Of a stretch of DNA of 64,000 bases, positions 10,917-22,471 are shown one piece after another. The stretch is from Candidatus Marinacidobacterales bacterium. GTDB taxonomy: Bacteria > Acidobacteriota > Vicinamibacteria > Marinacidobacterales > DATDRI01. The position numbers and the translations under genes were made by a program. The stretch is taken from the NCBI GenBank assembly GCA_965226495.1, contig OZ245365.1, forward strand, positions 2,432,001-2,496,000, given 5' to 3'. The stretch's first letter is position 1, and every line of letters begins with the position of its first letter. Under the pieces are notes generated by a model. The model worked only from the letters and a program-made list of their open reading frames with translations. It did not search any database and was not told the origin of the DNA.

Positions 10917-12352
10917 GCCGCCTCGTCGTCGTCTCCAATCGCGTTCCGGTGCCGAGCGGAACGCGGGTGCCGCAAGGCGGGCTCGAAACTGGAGTGCTGT
11001 CGGCACTCGAGGCCCAAGGTGGGCTGTGGTTCGGCTGGAGCGGGAAGATTTCCGAAGAGAAGAGGGTTGTGCGCACTCGGTCCGGGAAGGTCGATTTCGC
11101 AACCACCGACCTTTCTCGGAGGGACTATGACGATTACTACCGTGGTTATTCCAATCGCGTAATGTGGCCTCTCCTGCACGCGCGTCTCGAGCGCATGGAC
11201 TACCACCGAAGCTACGAGAACGGATACCGGCGCGCCAACCAGTTCCTGGCGAACGGACTCGTCCCGCTCCTCCGCCCCGACGATACGATTTGGATCCATG
11301 ATTATCACTTGATCCCTTTGGGTATGGTTCTGAGGCGTGCCGGCTGCCGCCAGCGCATCGGCTTTTTCCTGCACACGCCCTTCCCGCCCTCCGATGTGTT
11401 CCGAGCCCTTCCTCACTACCGAACTCTTTTGGAGGAGTTCGTCGCCTACGATCTCGTCGGCTTCCAGACCGACGTGGACCTGTGCGGTTTTGCCAACAGC
11501 GTGGCCGACGGAGTGCCTGGTGTCAAGATGGACAAGCACAGTGTCGTGATCGGAAACCGTCGGATGCTGATGGGTGTATTCCCCATCAGCGTCGACGTGG
11601 ACGATGTGGCAGCTCTGGCAGCCAAAGGACGTTCCTCCCCGTCCGGGCGTCGTCTCGTCTCGAGCCTTCCCGCACGCCAGCTGATCCTCGGCGTCGACCG
11701 CCTCGATTACAGCAAAGGGTTAGTGGAGCGATTTCGTGCCTATGAAAGTTTCCTGGAAGGGCACGCCTCAATGCGCAGGAAGGTCGTCTATCTTCAAATC
11801 GTCCAGCCTTCCCGCGGCGACGTACCGGACTATGAGCAAATGCGGCGCTCCCTCGATACCGCGGCCGGCCAGATCAATGGGCGCTTTGCCGAGTACGACT
11901 GGGTACCGCTGCGTTATCTCTACAGGGGGCTCGCTCGCACTACGATTCTTGGATTTCTATCGATCTCTCGGGTGGGCTTGGTCACGCCTTTCAGAGACGG
12001 AATGAACCTCGTGGCAAAGGAGTTCGTTGCCGCCCAGAGCCCAGAGGATCCGGGCGTTCTGGTGCTCTCCGAGTTGGCCGGAGCTGCCAGAGAGCTCCAA
12101 GCGGCGTTGATCGTCAACCCATACGATATCGATGATGTTGCGGACGGTCTCGCGAGAGCGCTCGATATGCCGCTCGAGGAACGCCGGCAACGCTGGGAGT
12201 CGATGCTGAAGATCCTGAGAACGAGCGACATCCACCGATGGCGCCGGGAGTTCCTGGAGGCGCTCGATCAAGCTCCAGCCAGAACGACGACGCCAGCTCG
12301 ACGCCGAGGAGCCACGAAGCCACGCCGCCCGGACGACTCAAGTGCTTCTTGA
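10913..12352 (+). CDS. otsA: trehalose-6-phosphate synthase
   Basis: [34 protein letters not shown] and DGMNLVAKE motifs; TTG start overlaps the GH15 stop. Confidence 0.95.
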   Translation: MSRLVVVSNRVPVPSGTRVPQGGLETGVLSALEAQGGLWFGWSGKISEEKRVVRTRSGKVDFATTDLSRRDYDDYYRGYSNRVMWPLLHARLERMDYHRSYENGYRRANQFLANGLVPLLRPDDTIWIHDYHLIPLGMVLRRAGCRQRIGFFLHTPFPPSDVFRALPHYRTLLEEFVAYDLVGFQTDVDLCGFANSVADGVPGVKMDKHSVVIGNRRMLMGVFPISVDVDDVAALAAKGRSSPSGRRLVSSLPARQLILGVDRLDYSKGLVERFRAYESFLEGHASMRRKVVYLQIVQPSRGDVPDYEQMRRSLDTAAGQINGRFAEYDWVPLRYLYRGLARTTILGFLSISRVGLVTPFRDGMNLVAKEFVAAQSPEDPGVLVLSELAGAARELQAALIVNPYDIDDVADGLARALDMPLEERRQRWESMLKILRTSDIHRWRREFLEALDQAPARTTTPARRRGATKPRRPDDSSAS

Positions 12353-12372
12353 ACGACTCGTCGGCCAAGGAG

Positions 12373-14208
12373 CTAGTCTCTCGCGCCCAGGGCGCGGTCA
12401 AGATTAAACGCCGCACTGATCAACGCGAGATGCGTGAATGCCTGCGGGAAGTTCCCCAAGGCCTCGCCACTGAGTCCCGTCTGCTCGGCATAAAGTCCCA
12501 CGTGGTTGGCGTAACCGAGCATCTCTTCGAAGATCACCCGTGCGCGCTCGAGCCGGGTGCGATCGGAGCGACCGGCGCGGGTGAGGGCCTCGACTAACCA
12601 GAAGGTGCAGATATTAAACGTTCCTTCCTCGCCTTTGAGCCCATCGGCGGTTTCCTCCACGTTGTAACGATAGACCAGGCTGTTGGAGAGGAGTCCGCCT
12701 CTGTGTGGAGGTTCCATTGTGGCGTCGATGGTGCGAAGCATCCGCGGATCAGTTGGTGAGACAAAGAACACCAGCGGCATCGTTAGATTGGCCGCATCCA
12801 AGGCATCGCTATTGTAGTGTTGGACGAAGGCATTGCGTTTCTGGTGCCAGCCTTTGGCCATGATCTCCTCATAGATCCGATCACGCACGTCGGTCCAGCG
12901 CTTGCGGTCTGCGGGAAACGAGCGCTTATCGGCCAGTCTCAAGGCGCGATCGACCGCTACCCAACACATGAGCTTGGAATAGACAAAGTGCTGCTGCCCC
13001 CCGCGCACCTCCCAGATGCCCTCATCCTTTCGTTGCCAATTGTCGCACACCCAGTCGGTGAGCCGGCGGAGGTGGAGCCAGAGATCGTACGAGATCGGCT
13101 GCCCGTATTTGTTGAACAGGTACACCGAGTCCATGAGCTCGCCATAGATGTCGAGTTGCATCTGGCCAGAGGCGCCGTTGCCAATGCGCACGGGACGTGA
13201 GCCCTTATAGCCATCCAGGTGATCGAGGATTTCCTCCGTGATCTTTCGCTCTCCGCCGATGCCATACATGATCTGTAGCGACCCGTCTTCAGGGAGCTCA
13301 TGGCAGATCTTCTCGATCGCATCCATGAAGTGCGCCGCCTCTTGAGTGAAACCGATGCGCATCAGAGCGTAGAGCGTAAACGCGGCGTCGCGCACCCAGG
13401 TATAACGGTAGTCCCAGTTGCGCTCCCCGCCGATGCCTTCGGGGAGGCTCGTGGTGGGTGCGGCCACGATGGTCCCGGTGGGTTCGTAGGTCATCAGTTT
13501 CAACACCAGCGCCGAGCGGTGTACCATCTCGCGCCAACGGCCCCGGTACGTGCATTGCGCAAGCCAATGGCGCCAGTAGTCCACAGTCTTCTGGGTCAGC
13601 GCTAACGCCTCGTCTTCGGTCAACAACCCCTTGTGGCCAGTGCCTGGATCGACGCGCCCGAGCACAAATATTGCTGCTTGGCCCTCATCGAGAGTGAACT
13701 CTGCCGTGACCCCGTTACGCTGTTTCTTTAACTTTCGGCGTGTGCCAAGTCCCAGGGTCAGACTGGGTGATTTGAAAACCGCTCCCGTTTCTGTGAGTTC
13801 GGTCGTGTGCTCATCGCGCGCGTAATTGAATGCGGGAAAACACTCCATTCGAAAGGGCATCGTGCCGCGTATACAACGCACAGTGCGCACGAGTTGATGC
13901 CGGTCCTGCCTGTCACGAGGCAGGCCAACGGGCATGAAATCCACCACTTGGCCCACTCCATCCGGGCATAGGAATCGGGTCACAAGCACGTTGGAGTCTG
14001 GCCAGTAGAACTGTTTGTGCGTAGCCCCGTCGGCGAGTGCTGTGATCTTGAAGTGGCCGCCTTTCTGGTCATCGAGAATGGCAGCGAAGACGCTGGGGGA
14101 ATCGAAGCGCGGGAAGCAGAACCAGTCGACCGAGCCATTCATTCCGACGAGTGCGACCGTGTGCAGATCGCCGACGATGCCGTAATCTTCTATGGGTTGG
14201 TAAGCCAT
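12373..14208 (-). CDS. glycoside hydrolase family 15
   Basis: [35 protein letters not shown] and GNFPQAFTH motifs. Confidence 0.93.
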   Translation of the reverse strand: MAYQPIEDYGIVGDLHTVALVGMNGSVDWFCFPRFDSPSVFAAILDDQKGGHFKITALADGATHKQFYWPDSNVLVTRFLCPDGVGQVVDFMPVGLPRDRQDRHQLVRTVRCIRGTMPFRMECFPAFNYARDEHTTELTETGAVFKSPSLTLGLGTRRKLKKQRNGVTAEFTLDEGQAAIFVLGRVDPGTGHKGLLTEDEALALTQKTVDYWRHWLAQCTYRGRWREMVHRSALVLKLMTYEPTGTIVAAPTTSLPEGIGGERNWDYRYTWVRDAAFTLYALMRIGFTQEAAHFMDAIEKICHELPEDGSLQIMYGIGGERKITEEILDHLDGYKGSRPVRIGNGASGQMQLDIYGELMDSVYLFNKYGQPISYDLWLHLRRLTDWVCDNWQRKDEGIWEVRGGQQHFVYSKLMCWVAVDRALRLADKRSFPADRKRWTDVRDRIYEEIMAKGWHQKRNAFVQHYNSDALDAANLTMPLVFFVSPTDPRMLRTIDATMEPPHRGGLLSNSLVYRYNVEETADGLKGEEGTFNICTFWLVEALTRAGRSDRTRLERARVIFEEMLGYANHVGLYAEQTGLSGEALGNFPQAFTHLALISAAFNLDRALGARD

Positions 14209-14367
14209 GGTGCGACTCCCTTACGTGCGCCTGTGAAAGGCTTTCTTTGTGTTGGATCCGCGACTATGCGGATTGTTTCTGCGATTGAGCCGAGAGGCAC
14301 AGCCTCGCCAGGAACATTATACATGCGTCCGCGCTAAGGACTGAGACGCGCGTTGGCCGGGCCTGGA

Positions 14368-14565
14368 TTACAGATTGATATCTTCGGGAGTATGGTGCCG
14401 TGCGAGGGCCGCTTGCCCCACGCGACGGATCGCCAGCACGAATGCCGCGGTACGTAGATCGAGTTTCTTCTCGCTGGCTACATCTCGTACCGCAGCGTAC
14501 GATCCCCGCATGATCTTTGAAAGCTCGTCGTTCACTCGCTCGAGCTCCCACCGGTACTGCTGAAG
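14368..14565 (-). pseudogene. C-terminal remnant of Glu/Leu/Phe/Val (glutamate) dehydrogenase
   Basis: LQQYRWELERVNDEL..DLRTAAFVLAIRRV resembles the GdhA C-terminus; cut at the IS91-like end. Confidence 0.75.
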
Positions 14566-16149
14566 GATAGGAGAATTCATAACCTGACTGACTGCGCTCG
14601 GCTGCCATTTTCCCGTTTTGGTAGTGATGGTGGCGCCTTATGGCGCGTTGGTGAAGGTAGCAGAAAGTGCACGGGGAAGGCAAAACGAGTTTGGGCAGTT
14701 TTGGGCGGGGGAGTTTGGGCATGAAGCCACAGTTATGCCTTGAGGTGCCAGAGGGAGGGCACCGGGGGGAGTCGCGGAGAAACCGAGGCTAAGGCTGAGG
14801 AGGAGCGCGGGAGTCGGCCTTTCGCTTTTCCAAATGACCCAAGATTTTTCGAATGACCTTCTGCTCGGTGATGAAGGAGATGACGCGGAGGGTGCCTCCA
14901 CACTCACATTTCAAAGGGTCGGTTTGATAGACCCGCTTGATGAGCTGCGCCCAGCTTTTTCTGAGTGCGGCGCGTTTCGGCCAAAGGCGTAGGCGACCGG
15001 CATAGATGGGGTTTTGGAGACAGACGAGCGCATACTGCCGACCTGGGCTCCGAGGTTCGTCCTGGATGTTGGCCGGGCCATCACAAGCCCAGCGACTCAA
15101 GAGACAGTGAGGTTCGTCCTGGATGTTGGTTTCGGGCCGCCCAGCGACTCAAGGGTGAAGTTTGCCTTTTTCCGGTAAGCCCGCGCTTTTGAAGAGTAGG
15201 CCCCGAAATATCTCACCCCGTGTGTTCGAGGCTCGGGGAGCTGGGTGAGGGGACTCGCGCAAGAAACTCGAGTATGTCGAGGGTCTCGCCTTGCGGATGG
15301 GAGGCCAAGGGGTCGTGGTGGGCGCTTTTGCCCTCGTAGAACAGTGTCTTGGCGCCGGGCATCCAATGAATGCGAGACAGACTTACCGGGCACCGCAACA
15401 AGTATCGGCAGAGTCGTTCGAGCCCTTGGGTATCTTGCGGCCATACGGTGGGAGATGCGTCAACGGAGAAGCCGCTACGGCGAAACGAACAGAGCAGCTC
15501 AGCAGCTCAATGCGTTCGTCACTCAAGAGTCCTTTGCTCTTCAGCAAGTGCAATATTTTGTGAGCGAACAACTTCTCGGCAGCGATGGTATCGACATAGG
15601 GGACCGGCAGCCATTGACCTTGCTTATCCCAAAGCCCACGAGAGGCAAGAGCATGCAGGTGAGGATGTAGTTGGATGAGACTTCCAAAGGTCTGTGGTAC
15701 GGCCACGACACCGGGGCGGGCTTTGTCGCCGCCGGCGGTCTCGAGCATCAGCTCCTTGATGGTCTCGTATGCGAGTCGAGCGAGCTCCCCCAGAAGCTCC
15801 CGGTGGCGCATGAAATAAGGTCGTAACATTTTTGGAAGAGTAAACGTCCAAAGACACTGGCATTTTCCACAAGCTCGTCTTTTAGAAAGGCGGCAAAGGA
15901 AGCCGCCCTTTTCGCATCGCACGACGGACAAATCCCTCTTTGTTTGCAGGATAGAGTGAGCAAGCGCTCGCTTCCACATGCATCGCACTTGAGTCTGGCG
16001 AAGCCCGCTTCTGGCACTCCGCAGTCTAGGTAGCGGGCGACCGCCGCATCGTAAAACCCTCTCCAGAAACCATAGCGACGCTCGAATCGCTCCTCCCAAA
16101 GGCCCTTCAGCGTCTCGTAGTGAACCTCCAGAGAACAATCCGCCGGCAC
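14565..16149 (-). mobile_element. degenerate IS91/ISCR-family rolling-circle element
   Basis: frameshifted pieces: Zn domain YLDCG..CDAC..SCKQRGICPSC, HUH motif HPHLHAL, VRYFGAYS, LKCECGGTLRVISFI; oriIS-like end TGAATTCTCCTATCC at 14565-14579 on the minus strand. Confidence 0.88.
15052..15153. repeat. imperfect tandem duplication inside the IS91 transposase
   Basis: gaggttcgtcctggatgttgg at 15052 and 15109; gcccagcgactcaag at 15087 and 15139. Confidence 0.85.
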
Positions 16150-16224
16150 GTCGCTCGACTCGTCGCCGCGGCTTGAGGTTCCCTTGGACAGCGAGTACGC
16201 TTAACGGACGTCGGGAGGCCAGCC

Positions 16225-16401
16225 ATGATGACAATTCCCGTGGTCGCCGCCCTGATCGCGGTGGCCGCTGGCGCGCGAATCGTCGAGGAGATGACGCCGG
16301 AGGCAATCGACGAAGCGATTCGGGAAGGCAAGAAGTCGTACTACTCGGTGGAATGCGACGTCGAGTTGGATCCGGAATACGCCCTGGCCTGGGGATGGTG
16401 A
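16225..16401 (+). CDS. short hypothetical ORF, possibly a chimeric remnant
   Basis: GGGAGG RBS; MMTIPVVAALIAVAAG signal-like start; ends in TPR-like ELDPEYALAW. Confidence 0.35.
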   Translation: MMTIPVVAALIAVAAGARIVEEMTPEAIDEAIREGKKSYYSVECDVELDPEYALAWGW

Positions 16402-16534
16402 TCCTAATTCGACTATGGAGGAGGGGTAGAACTATTTGTTTGAAATATTGACCCGAAAGAGATGTTGCAAGAGTCACGAAGCAGCGGAGGTGTCATAAGC
16501 TTGCCCGTCTGAACCTGCCTAAAAGGACCGTAAA

Positions 16535-17929
16535 ATGAACGAACTCGCCAAGAAGATTCCCCGGCTCCAACTGTGTTTCGTGATTGGCCTTGGTCTGATG
16601 TCAAATGCAATGGGGCAGACTGGTGGCGCTGCTTCAGTAGGAGCGAGCCGTCCAAATATAGTTTTTATGCTGGTTGATAACGTTGGATGGGGTGACATTG
16701 GTATCTATGGCGGAGGGATTTTGCGTGGCGCCCCGACACCGCGCCTGGACAAGTTGGCTTCGGAGGGTTTACAGCTGTTGAATTTCAACACCGAGCCTTT
16801 CTGTGTTCCCAGCCGCTCGGCATTGATGAGTGGACGCCTTGCCATCCGTACCCGTACAACTAGTGGTAGTGCCTTACCTAAATCTGAAATTACGATTGCT
16901 GATTTGCTTTCCGGTGCTGATTACGACACCGCCATTTTTGGCAAGTGGCACTTGGGGCAGCGGGAAGGGTTGTATCCAACAGATAGGGGATTTGACGAGT
17001 GGTACGGAATACCCGTGTCGTCGGCCACCGCAATGTTTGAAACCCAGTTCCAATACGACCCAAATTTGGCGCCAATGGAGATGGTATTGAGCTCACAAAG
17101 AGGCGATATGCCCGATGAGGTGAAAATCTACGATCAAAATGCCCGGCGAGAGATAGATGGTGAATTGGTACAGAAGGCGATTTCTTTCATGGCTGGAAGC
17201 GTCAAGAAGGGAAACCCATTTTTTCTCTATTTGCCATTTACACAAACTCACATGCCAACCTTGCCCCATCCTGACTTTAGTGGCAAAACCGGAAATGGAG
17301 ACTACGCTGACGCGTTGGCTGAGATGGATTTTCGCGCGGGTCAAATACTGGATGCGATTGATGATCTAAGAATAAGAGCAAATACGGTCGTGATTTGGGC
17401 TAGCGACAATGGTCCATCTGCCCGATCTCCCCATGGGACGGCCGGATATTGGAGAGGCCGTGTTCACCAAGCGCTGGAAGGCAGCATTCGAACACCATTC
17501 ATTATGCGTTGGCCTGGAAAAATCAAGCCGAGGAGTGTGAACAATGAAATAGTCCACATTGCCGACATGATGCCAACTCTGGCGCGTGTTGCTGATTATC
17601 AGTTGCCTAACGATAGAGTAATCGATGGTATTGACCAGTTGGATTTTTTGATTGGAAAGCAAGAACAATCCAACAGAGATGGATTTCCAATATATGGTAA
17701 CAACAATCAGCTATGGGCCTACAAATGGAAGAATTGGAAGATGCACTTTGTCAGATATCAAGACAGCTGGAATGTAGCGCAGTCTGTCAGGCCAGATAAC
17801 ACAGCTCCAGGTATTTACAATTTGCTAATTGATCCAAAAGAAGAACACTCTATGAGTCTAGATTATTGGTGGGTGGGAACCGTCATTGAGAAGAAGATGA
17901 AACAGTTTAATGCTACGCTCAATCAATAA
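16535..17929 (+). CDS. exported arylsulfatase (Cys-type formylglycine sulfatase)
   Basis: PNIVFMLVDNVG, CVPSRSALMSG, GKWHLG and SDNG motifs; visibly AT-richer than its neighbours. Confidence 0.92.
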   Translation: MNELAKKIPRLQLCFVIGLGLMSNAMGQTGGAASVGASRPNIVFMLVDNVGWGDIGIYGGGILRGAPTPRLDKLASEGLQLLNFNTEPFCVPSRSALMSGRLAIRTRTTSGSALPKSEITIADLLSGADYDTAIFGKWHLGQREGLYPTDRGFDEWYGIPVSSATAMFETQFQYDPNLAPMEMVLSSQRGDMPDEVKIYDQNARREIDGELVQKAISFMAGSVKKGNPFFLYLPFTQTHMPTLPHPDFSGKTGNGDYADALAEMDFRAGQILDAIDDLRIRANTVVIWASDNGPSARSPHGTAGYWRGRVHQALEGSIRTPFIMRWPGKIKPRSVNNEIVHIADMMPTLARVADYQLPNDRVIDGIDQLDFLIGKQEQSNRDGFPIYGNNNQLWAYKWKNWKMHFVRYQDSWNVAQSVRPDNTAPGIYNLLIDPKEEHSMSLDYWWVGTVIEKKMKQFNATLNQ

Positions 17930-18163
17930 TGGTGCTAATCACTGGCTCGCAGAACTCGCGAATCTAGCGCAGTCGAGCGACGTCCATTCGCGTTGACTCA
18001 TTGAAGAATTGCCTTTCGTTCTTCTGGAAGGGAGCCAATTGGTGGCAAGCGCCGAACGCATTCCCTCGTAATCTGGCCGAGCCCCCTCTGAAAAGCTTCG
18101 TAATCGCCAGACGAATGACTTCCGAGCGGCTTAGACCTAGCTCTCGCGTCTTTCGATTGAGCG

Positions 18164-18327
18164 GATCTTCAGGGAGATCTGTTTGCTCCGGTGGCGGATG
18201 AGCGGTTCGACGTGGTGCTCTTCAACCCCCCTTACTTTCGTGGCGAGCCGAGGGATCTCAGCGATCACGCGTGGCGGAGCGCGACCTCATCAATGAGATC
18301 CTATGTTTGCACCGAGCGTGGCGCTAG
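18164..18327 (+). pseudogene. HemK2/MTQ2-like methyltransferase remnant
   Basis: GDLFAPVADERFDVVLFNPPY motif, then an out-of-frame RDLINEILCL tail; no N-terminus. Confidence 0.65.
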
Positions 18328-18360
18328 AAGGCTGTACCAACGAAGTGGGTACCACCTCGT

Positions 18361-19617
18361 TTACCTCTCCCCCGACCGCGGGGGAGAGGTCGTCCGCCGA
18401 AGGCGGGCGGGTGAGGGGGCTAGTGCATAGCGGCGATGAAGTCCAGTATCGATTTCATTGTTACAATCCACTAGAGCCCGCGCCTCGCCTTGGCTCGAAA
18501 GCTCCGTGTAGACCAAGCCCAGCCGTTCGACGGTATCCCGAAGCGAGTAGTCTTGCTCCACCCGCAAGCGTGCCGCCTCACCCATCGCCCGGAGTCTGTC
18601 GCGATCGGGCAGCAAGCGTCGTAGGGCTTGAGCAAGGGCGTCGACGTCGCCCACCGGGAGGGCCACCGAAGCTGGCTCTAGGTCCGGTACGACTCCGACC
18701 CTCGTGCCGATAGTGGCGCGTCCGCAGGCGGCGGCCTCTTGCGTCACCCATTCCTGTCCTTCGTGAAGGGAGCTCATCACACAAAGATCGGCGGCCCGGT
18801 AGTAAGCAGGGAGATGGTGGTGGGGCACGGCGCCGTGAAAGTGCACCCTCGCCCGAATCCCTAGCGCGCTCGCGAGCCGCTCGAGAGTGTCTCGCAACGG
18901 GCCTTCCCCGACGAGGTGGAGCACCGCGTCCGGGATGCTCGGAGTGACTTTCTCAAAAGCCCGGAGCAATGACTCCTGACCTTTGACCGGCACCAGAGAG
19001 GCCACGTGAAGGAGCTTGATGCCACCTTCGAGGGGTGAAGGCTCACCCGCTTTCGAAGCCGGGTGGAAGCGTTCGAGATCGACACCAATGGGAAGCCACG
19101 TCGTTCTGGCCGCACAAGGCTTAGCCAGCCGAGCCAAATGACTCGAGCCCACGCTCACCAGGCTCGCCCGTTCGAGGGCGACTTTCGCCAGGCGTCGATT
19201 AATGCGGCTAAGCCCCCCTCCGTAGCCGATCTCGGGATAAGAGACGAGCTCACCACCGAGGAGGGTGACGAGGGATGGAACGCCAAGCCATCGACCGGCT
19301 TGCACCGCCACCCACCCGGGCTCGTCCGCCCAGAAGGCATGCAGAACGTCGAAGGGACGGCGTCGGTGCTCGCGGCCCAGTGTTGCGAGGGCACGCGCGA
19401 GGAGCGGGAACTTCCGAAGGCCTTCGACCCGAGCCCCGCCGAGGGCATGAACCTCGGCTCCAAAGACGGAGTAGCGTTTCCGTTCGTACGGATAGCGCAG
19501 GGAGACAACGCGGACCCGATGTCGCTCACCGAGACGACGGATCAGGCTCGCGAGCGCCGGAATGCACCAGTCCTCTTCGCTGGCGCTGAAACCGGGAAGG
19601 ACCACTCCTACGTTCAT
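18361..19617 (-). CDS. glycosyltransferase family 4
   Basis: GT-B motifs PVKGQ, VGEGPLR, YRAADL..SS.HEG..EAAACG. Confidence 0.9.
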   Translation of the reverse strand: MNVGVVLPGFSASEEDWCIPALASLIRRLGERHRVRVVSLRYPYERKRYSVFGAEVHALGGARVEGLRKFPLLARALATLGREHRRRPFDVLHAFWADEPGWVAVQAGRWLGVPSLVTLLGGELVSYPEIGYGGGLSRINRRLAKVALERASLVSVGSSHLARLAKPCAARTTWLPIGVDLERFHPASKAGEPSPLEGGIKLLHVASLVPVKGQESLLRAFEKVTPSIPDAVLHLVGEGPLRDTLERLASALGIRARVHFHGAVPHHHLPAYYRAADLCVMSSLHEGQEWVTQEAAACGRATIGTRVGVVPDLEPASVALPVGDVDALAQALRRLLPDRDRLRAMGEAARLRVEQDYSLRDTVERLGLVYTELSSQGEARALVDCNNEIDTGLHRRYALAPSPARLRRTTSPPRSGER

Positions 19618-19626
19618 CTCTGATTG

Positions 19627-21105
19627 TCAAAAACCGCTCGTCTCGGGGCGCCGGTAGGAGACGAGCTTGTGGAGGGCGCGAAGCTCGAGGGGATGATGGT
19701 AGAAGCGGAGGTGATAGCGCCAGGCGCTCACACTCCGCAACAGCCAGCGTTTCGGGCCGCCGAGATGCTTGTCGGTGGCGGTGGGGTAATAGGCATTGAG
19801 CACACTCTCGAAATTCCAGACCTTCCGACGAAGCGAGCTTCGAAGCCAAGGCATGCGGAGACTTCGCCGCCCTGAAAACTCTACCCACTTCGGAGAGACC
19901 CACTCCTCTAACGTCTTTGGAAAGCCGAATCCCTGCTCTCGTGCCTCGTCGTACAACTCCCCGGAAAGGGGCACCGGAGTGTAGAGGTAGAGGACGATCT
20001 CTGCCCGGGGATTTACTTTCTTGAGACGAAGGATGAACTGCATCGTCTGCTCGGCATCCGCCTCGGGCTCGGGTGGATTGCCCAACATGAAGGAGAACTC
20101 GGGAACGATGTCGAGCTCGGCCATCTTTTGCGCAATCTCGAGGGTTTTCTCCGCGCTAGCGCTTCCACCCTTGTTCATGCGACGAAGCACTTCGTCCGAG
20201 CCCGACTCGGCTCCCAGAAAAACCATGCGCAGCCCGCTTTCGCGCATCAGACGCCACGAGCGTCCGGAGTAACGGAGCAAGGTATCGATGCGTGCCTCTC
20301 CCCACCAACCGATACCCAGGTCCAAGATCCGCTCGGCGAATTCCGCCGTTCGCGCCTCGTCCACGAAGAAGTTGTTGTCGTAGAACTCCACCGCATCCGC
20401 ACCAAGCTCTCGGACGAGTCTTCGAGTGACCCTAGCGGTTCGTTCCGCCGATTGCGCGAGCCAACGTCCCTCCACCATGTTGACGACGGCGCAGAAGTTG
20501 CACGTAAAGGGGCAGCCGTAGCTCGAGTGGTGGGGTAGCGTACGTTGGCCCATGAAGGTAGGCCGGATGTAGCGCTCCATCGGAACCCGATGATAGGGAA
20601 AGTCGGGGAGCTCTTCGGGAGAGGGGACTTCCGGAAGGGGACTCACGTGGAGACTCCCATCCGTTTCGACAAAGGCCAGTCCGGGAATTTTGGGGAGACG
20701 TTCTTCATCCCCCTCGTCCAAGGCCTCGAGCAACTGGGGGAAAGCAAGCTCCGCGTGTCCACGAACAACGTAGTCGACGACGGAAGAGCGCAAACAGACC
20801 TCGTAGTGCTGAGTTGGAAAATAGCCGCCCCAGACGATCACCAAGTGCGGGTGCTCCTTCTTGAGCGCCCTGGCTAGAGGGAAGGCTCGAGTCAGTTGCG
20901 GCCCCGGCATGACGGTCATAGCCAAAACGGTACGTTCCTCTTTACGAATGAGCTCATCGAGGACCCTGAATGGATCGGACTCCAAGTTGCCATCCACGAC
21001 ACGATATTCGCGCGTGCCCTCGAGCACCGCGCCGAGGGCGAGAAGCGACATGGGAACAACGGGTTTCTTCGTCGCGCTACTCGGCGGGTTGTAAAGAAGC
21101 AACAT
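19627..21105 (-). CDS. cobalamin-binding radical SAM protein
   Basis: N-terminal B12-binding domain (WGGYFPT, VVRGHAE); CPFTCNFC; DNNF; GAESGS. Confidence 0.92.
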   Translation of the reverse strand: MLLLYNPPSSATKKPVVPMSLLALGAVLEGTREYRVVDGNLESDPFRVLDELIRKEERTVLAMTVMPGPQLTRAFPLARALKKEHPHLVIVWGGYFPTQHYEVCLRSSVVDYVVRGHAELAFPQLLEALDEGDEERLPKIPGLAFVETDGSLHVSPLPEVPSPEELPDFPYHRVPMERYIRPTFMGQRTLPHHSSYGCPFTCNFCAVVNMVEGRWLAQSAERTARVTRRLVRELGADAVEFYDNNFFVDEARTAEFAERILDLGIGWWGEARIDTLLRYSGRSWRLMRESGLRMVFLGAESGSDEVLRRMNKGGSASAEKTLEIAQKMAELDIVPEFSFMLGNPPEPEADAEQTMQFILRLKKVNPRAEIVLYLYTPVPLSGELYDEAREQGFGFPKTLEEWVSPKWVEFSGRRSLRMPWLRSSLRRKVWNFESVLNAYYPTATDKHLGGPKRWLLRSVSAWRYHLRFYHHPLELRALHKLVSYRRPETSGF

Positions 21106-21109
21106 GTTC

Positions 21110-22471
21110 TCAGCTCACGCTCTCGGCGGCCAAGCTCTCTCCGCCGAGGGGATTCGGCGAGTGCCATGCCGCTCGACAGCGCTTGAAGATGACGAACCCG
21201 GGAATGAGCGTCAGAACGACGAGAGCAAGAAAACCGCCGGTCATGCCCAGAGCGCCGTAGTGTCTTCCCAGAAGGCTCAAGAAAACAACCGCCGTCCCGG
21301 CCTCAATGACGGACAGAATCAAGAAGGGCTCTTTCTTGTGAGCCCGCAAGTAGCTTCCGAAGGCAAAGCGCAGTTGCTGCAGGATGACGGCCAACAGAAG
21401 GAGGCCGGTCTCGAGTGGCGGCAAGAAGCGAAAAGCCAGAGGAATTCCGAAAAAACGCCCGGCATAGAGTGCCATCCAATAACCGCCGGCGCCCAGAGTG
21501 ACAACCAGAAGGGAGATGAGCGTGGCGCGCCAGAAAACGTCGTCCAGAGTTCGGTAGTGGCGTCGCGCGGCGGCCATCGCGAAGGTCGGCACCTTCGTCG
21601 CCACCACCGCAAAGGCGACCGAAGAGATGCCGGCGGCGACGGAGAGGGTCATTCCCATCTGGCCGGCCACACTCGGGCCATGAAAGGCAAACAGGACCGG
21701 TGTAAAGAGGGAGAAAACGAAATAGCCGCCCAACCAGCTTACGGCGAACTTCCATTGGAGTGGCCACACCTCTTGCTTCCACGAGATGGCTGTCTCTTGA
21801 GCCTCCCCCCATTCGCGCCAGAGCTTCCGAAAGAATCCGAGCTCCTCGCGGGTGAGTCCCCAAACTCCCATGAGAACCGTGGCGACTCTCGCAATGGGGA
21901 CGGCCCAGAGACCACCACCCGCCAAAATAGCGAGCCAGCTCGCCCATCGGCTTACAACGGCTTGGCCCAATCGAAGGCGATACACTTCGTGGACTCGATT
22001 GATGCCCTCCAGAATGCTGAGAAGGGGGGTCAGCAAAACGCTCGCTCCCGTGGCCAGACAGGCCGCCCACCAAACGAGCTGCCAACGCATAGGGGATGCG
22101 CTCCCGGCGGAAAAGGTCTCGAAGTACAGACTTCCGCCGATGCCGAGCGCGAGGAAGAGGATGACGGCAACGGCCCGGTACCAACGAAGGGCGAGGCGGG
22201 AAAGACTCGCGAGACGGGCTTCGGCCCGCCGCCGTACGTCGGGCGAGCCTTCCGAATCGATGCGAGCCCACTCGTGGCTCGCGAACTGTTGGACCACGCT
22301 GCCGAAGCCGAGCTCGACAAGCGTTTCCAAGGTGAGCAAGCTCGCGAAGGTGTAATAGTAGCCTTGAAGCTCCGGAGAAAAGAAACCTCCCACCAAAAAA
22401 ATTGTGACGAGCCCCGCGGCGCTCCCCCACACTCGATTCGCCATGGCATAGAGAGTGGCTTTCCCGAACAT
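21110..22471 (-). CDS. Wzx-like polysaccharide flippase
   Basis: about 12 hydrophobic segments; QGYYYTF..ELGF motif; glycan-cluster context. Confidence 0.75.
   Translation of the reverse strand: MFGKATLYAMANRVWGSAAGLVTIFLVGGFFSPELQGYYYTFASLLTLETLVELGFGSVVQQFASHEWARIDSEGSPDVRRRAEARLASLSRLALRWYRAVAVILFLALGIGGSLYFETFSAGSASPMRWQLVWWAACLATGASVLLTPLLSILEGINRVHEVYRLRLGQAVVSRWASWLAILAGGGLWAVPIARVATVLMGVWGLTREELGFFRKLWREWGEAQETAISWKQEVWPLQWKFAVSWLGGYFVFSLFTPVLFAFHGPSVAGQMGMTLSVAAGISSVAFAVVATKVPTFAMAAARRHYRTLDDVFWRATLISLLVVTLGAGGYWMALYAGRFFGIPLAFRFLPPLETGLLLLAVILQQLRFAFGSYLRAHKKEPFLILSVIEAGTAVVFLSLLGRHYGALGMTGGFLALVVLTLIPGFVIFKRCRAAWHSPNPLGGESLAAESVS

Noticed and set aside
8078-19915. 63-bp repeat pair as a DGR template/variable repeat
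   Set aside because: Mismatches are not confined to adenines of one copy on either strand, and no reverse transcriptase is present in the window.
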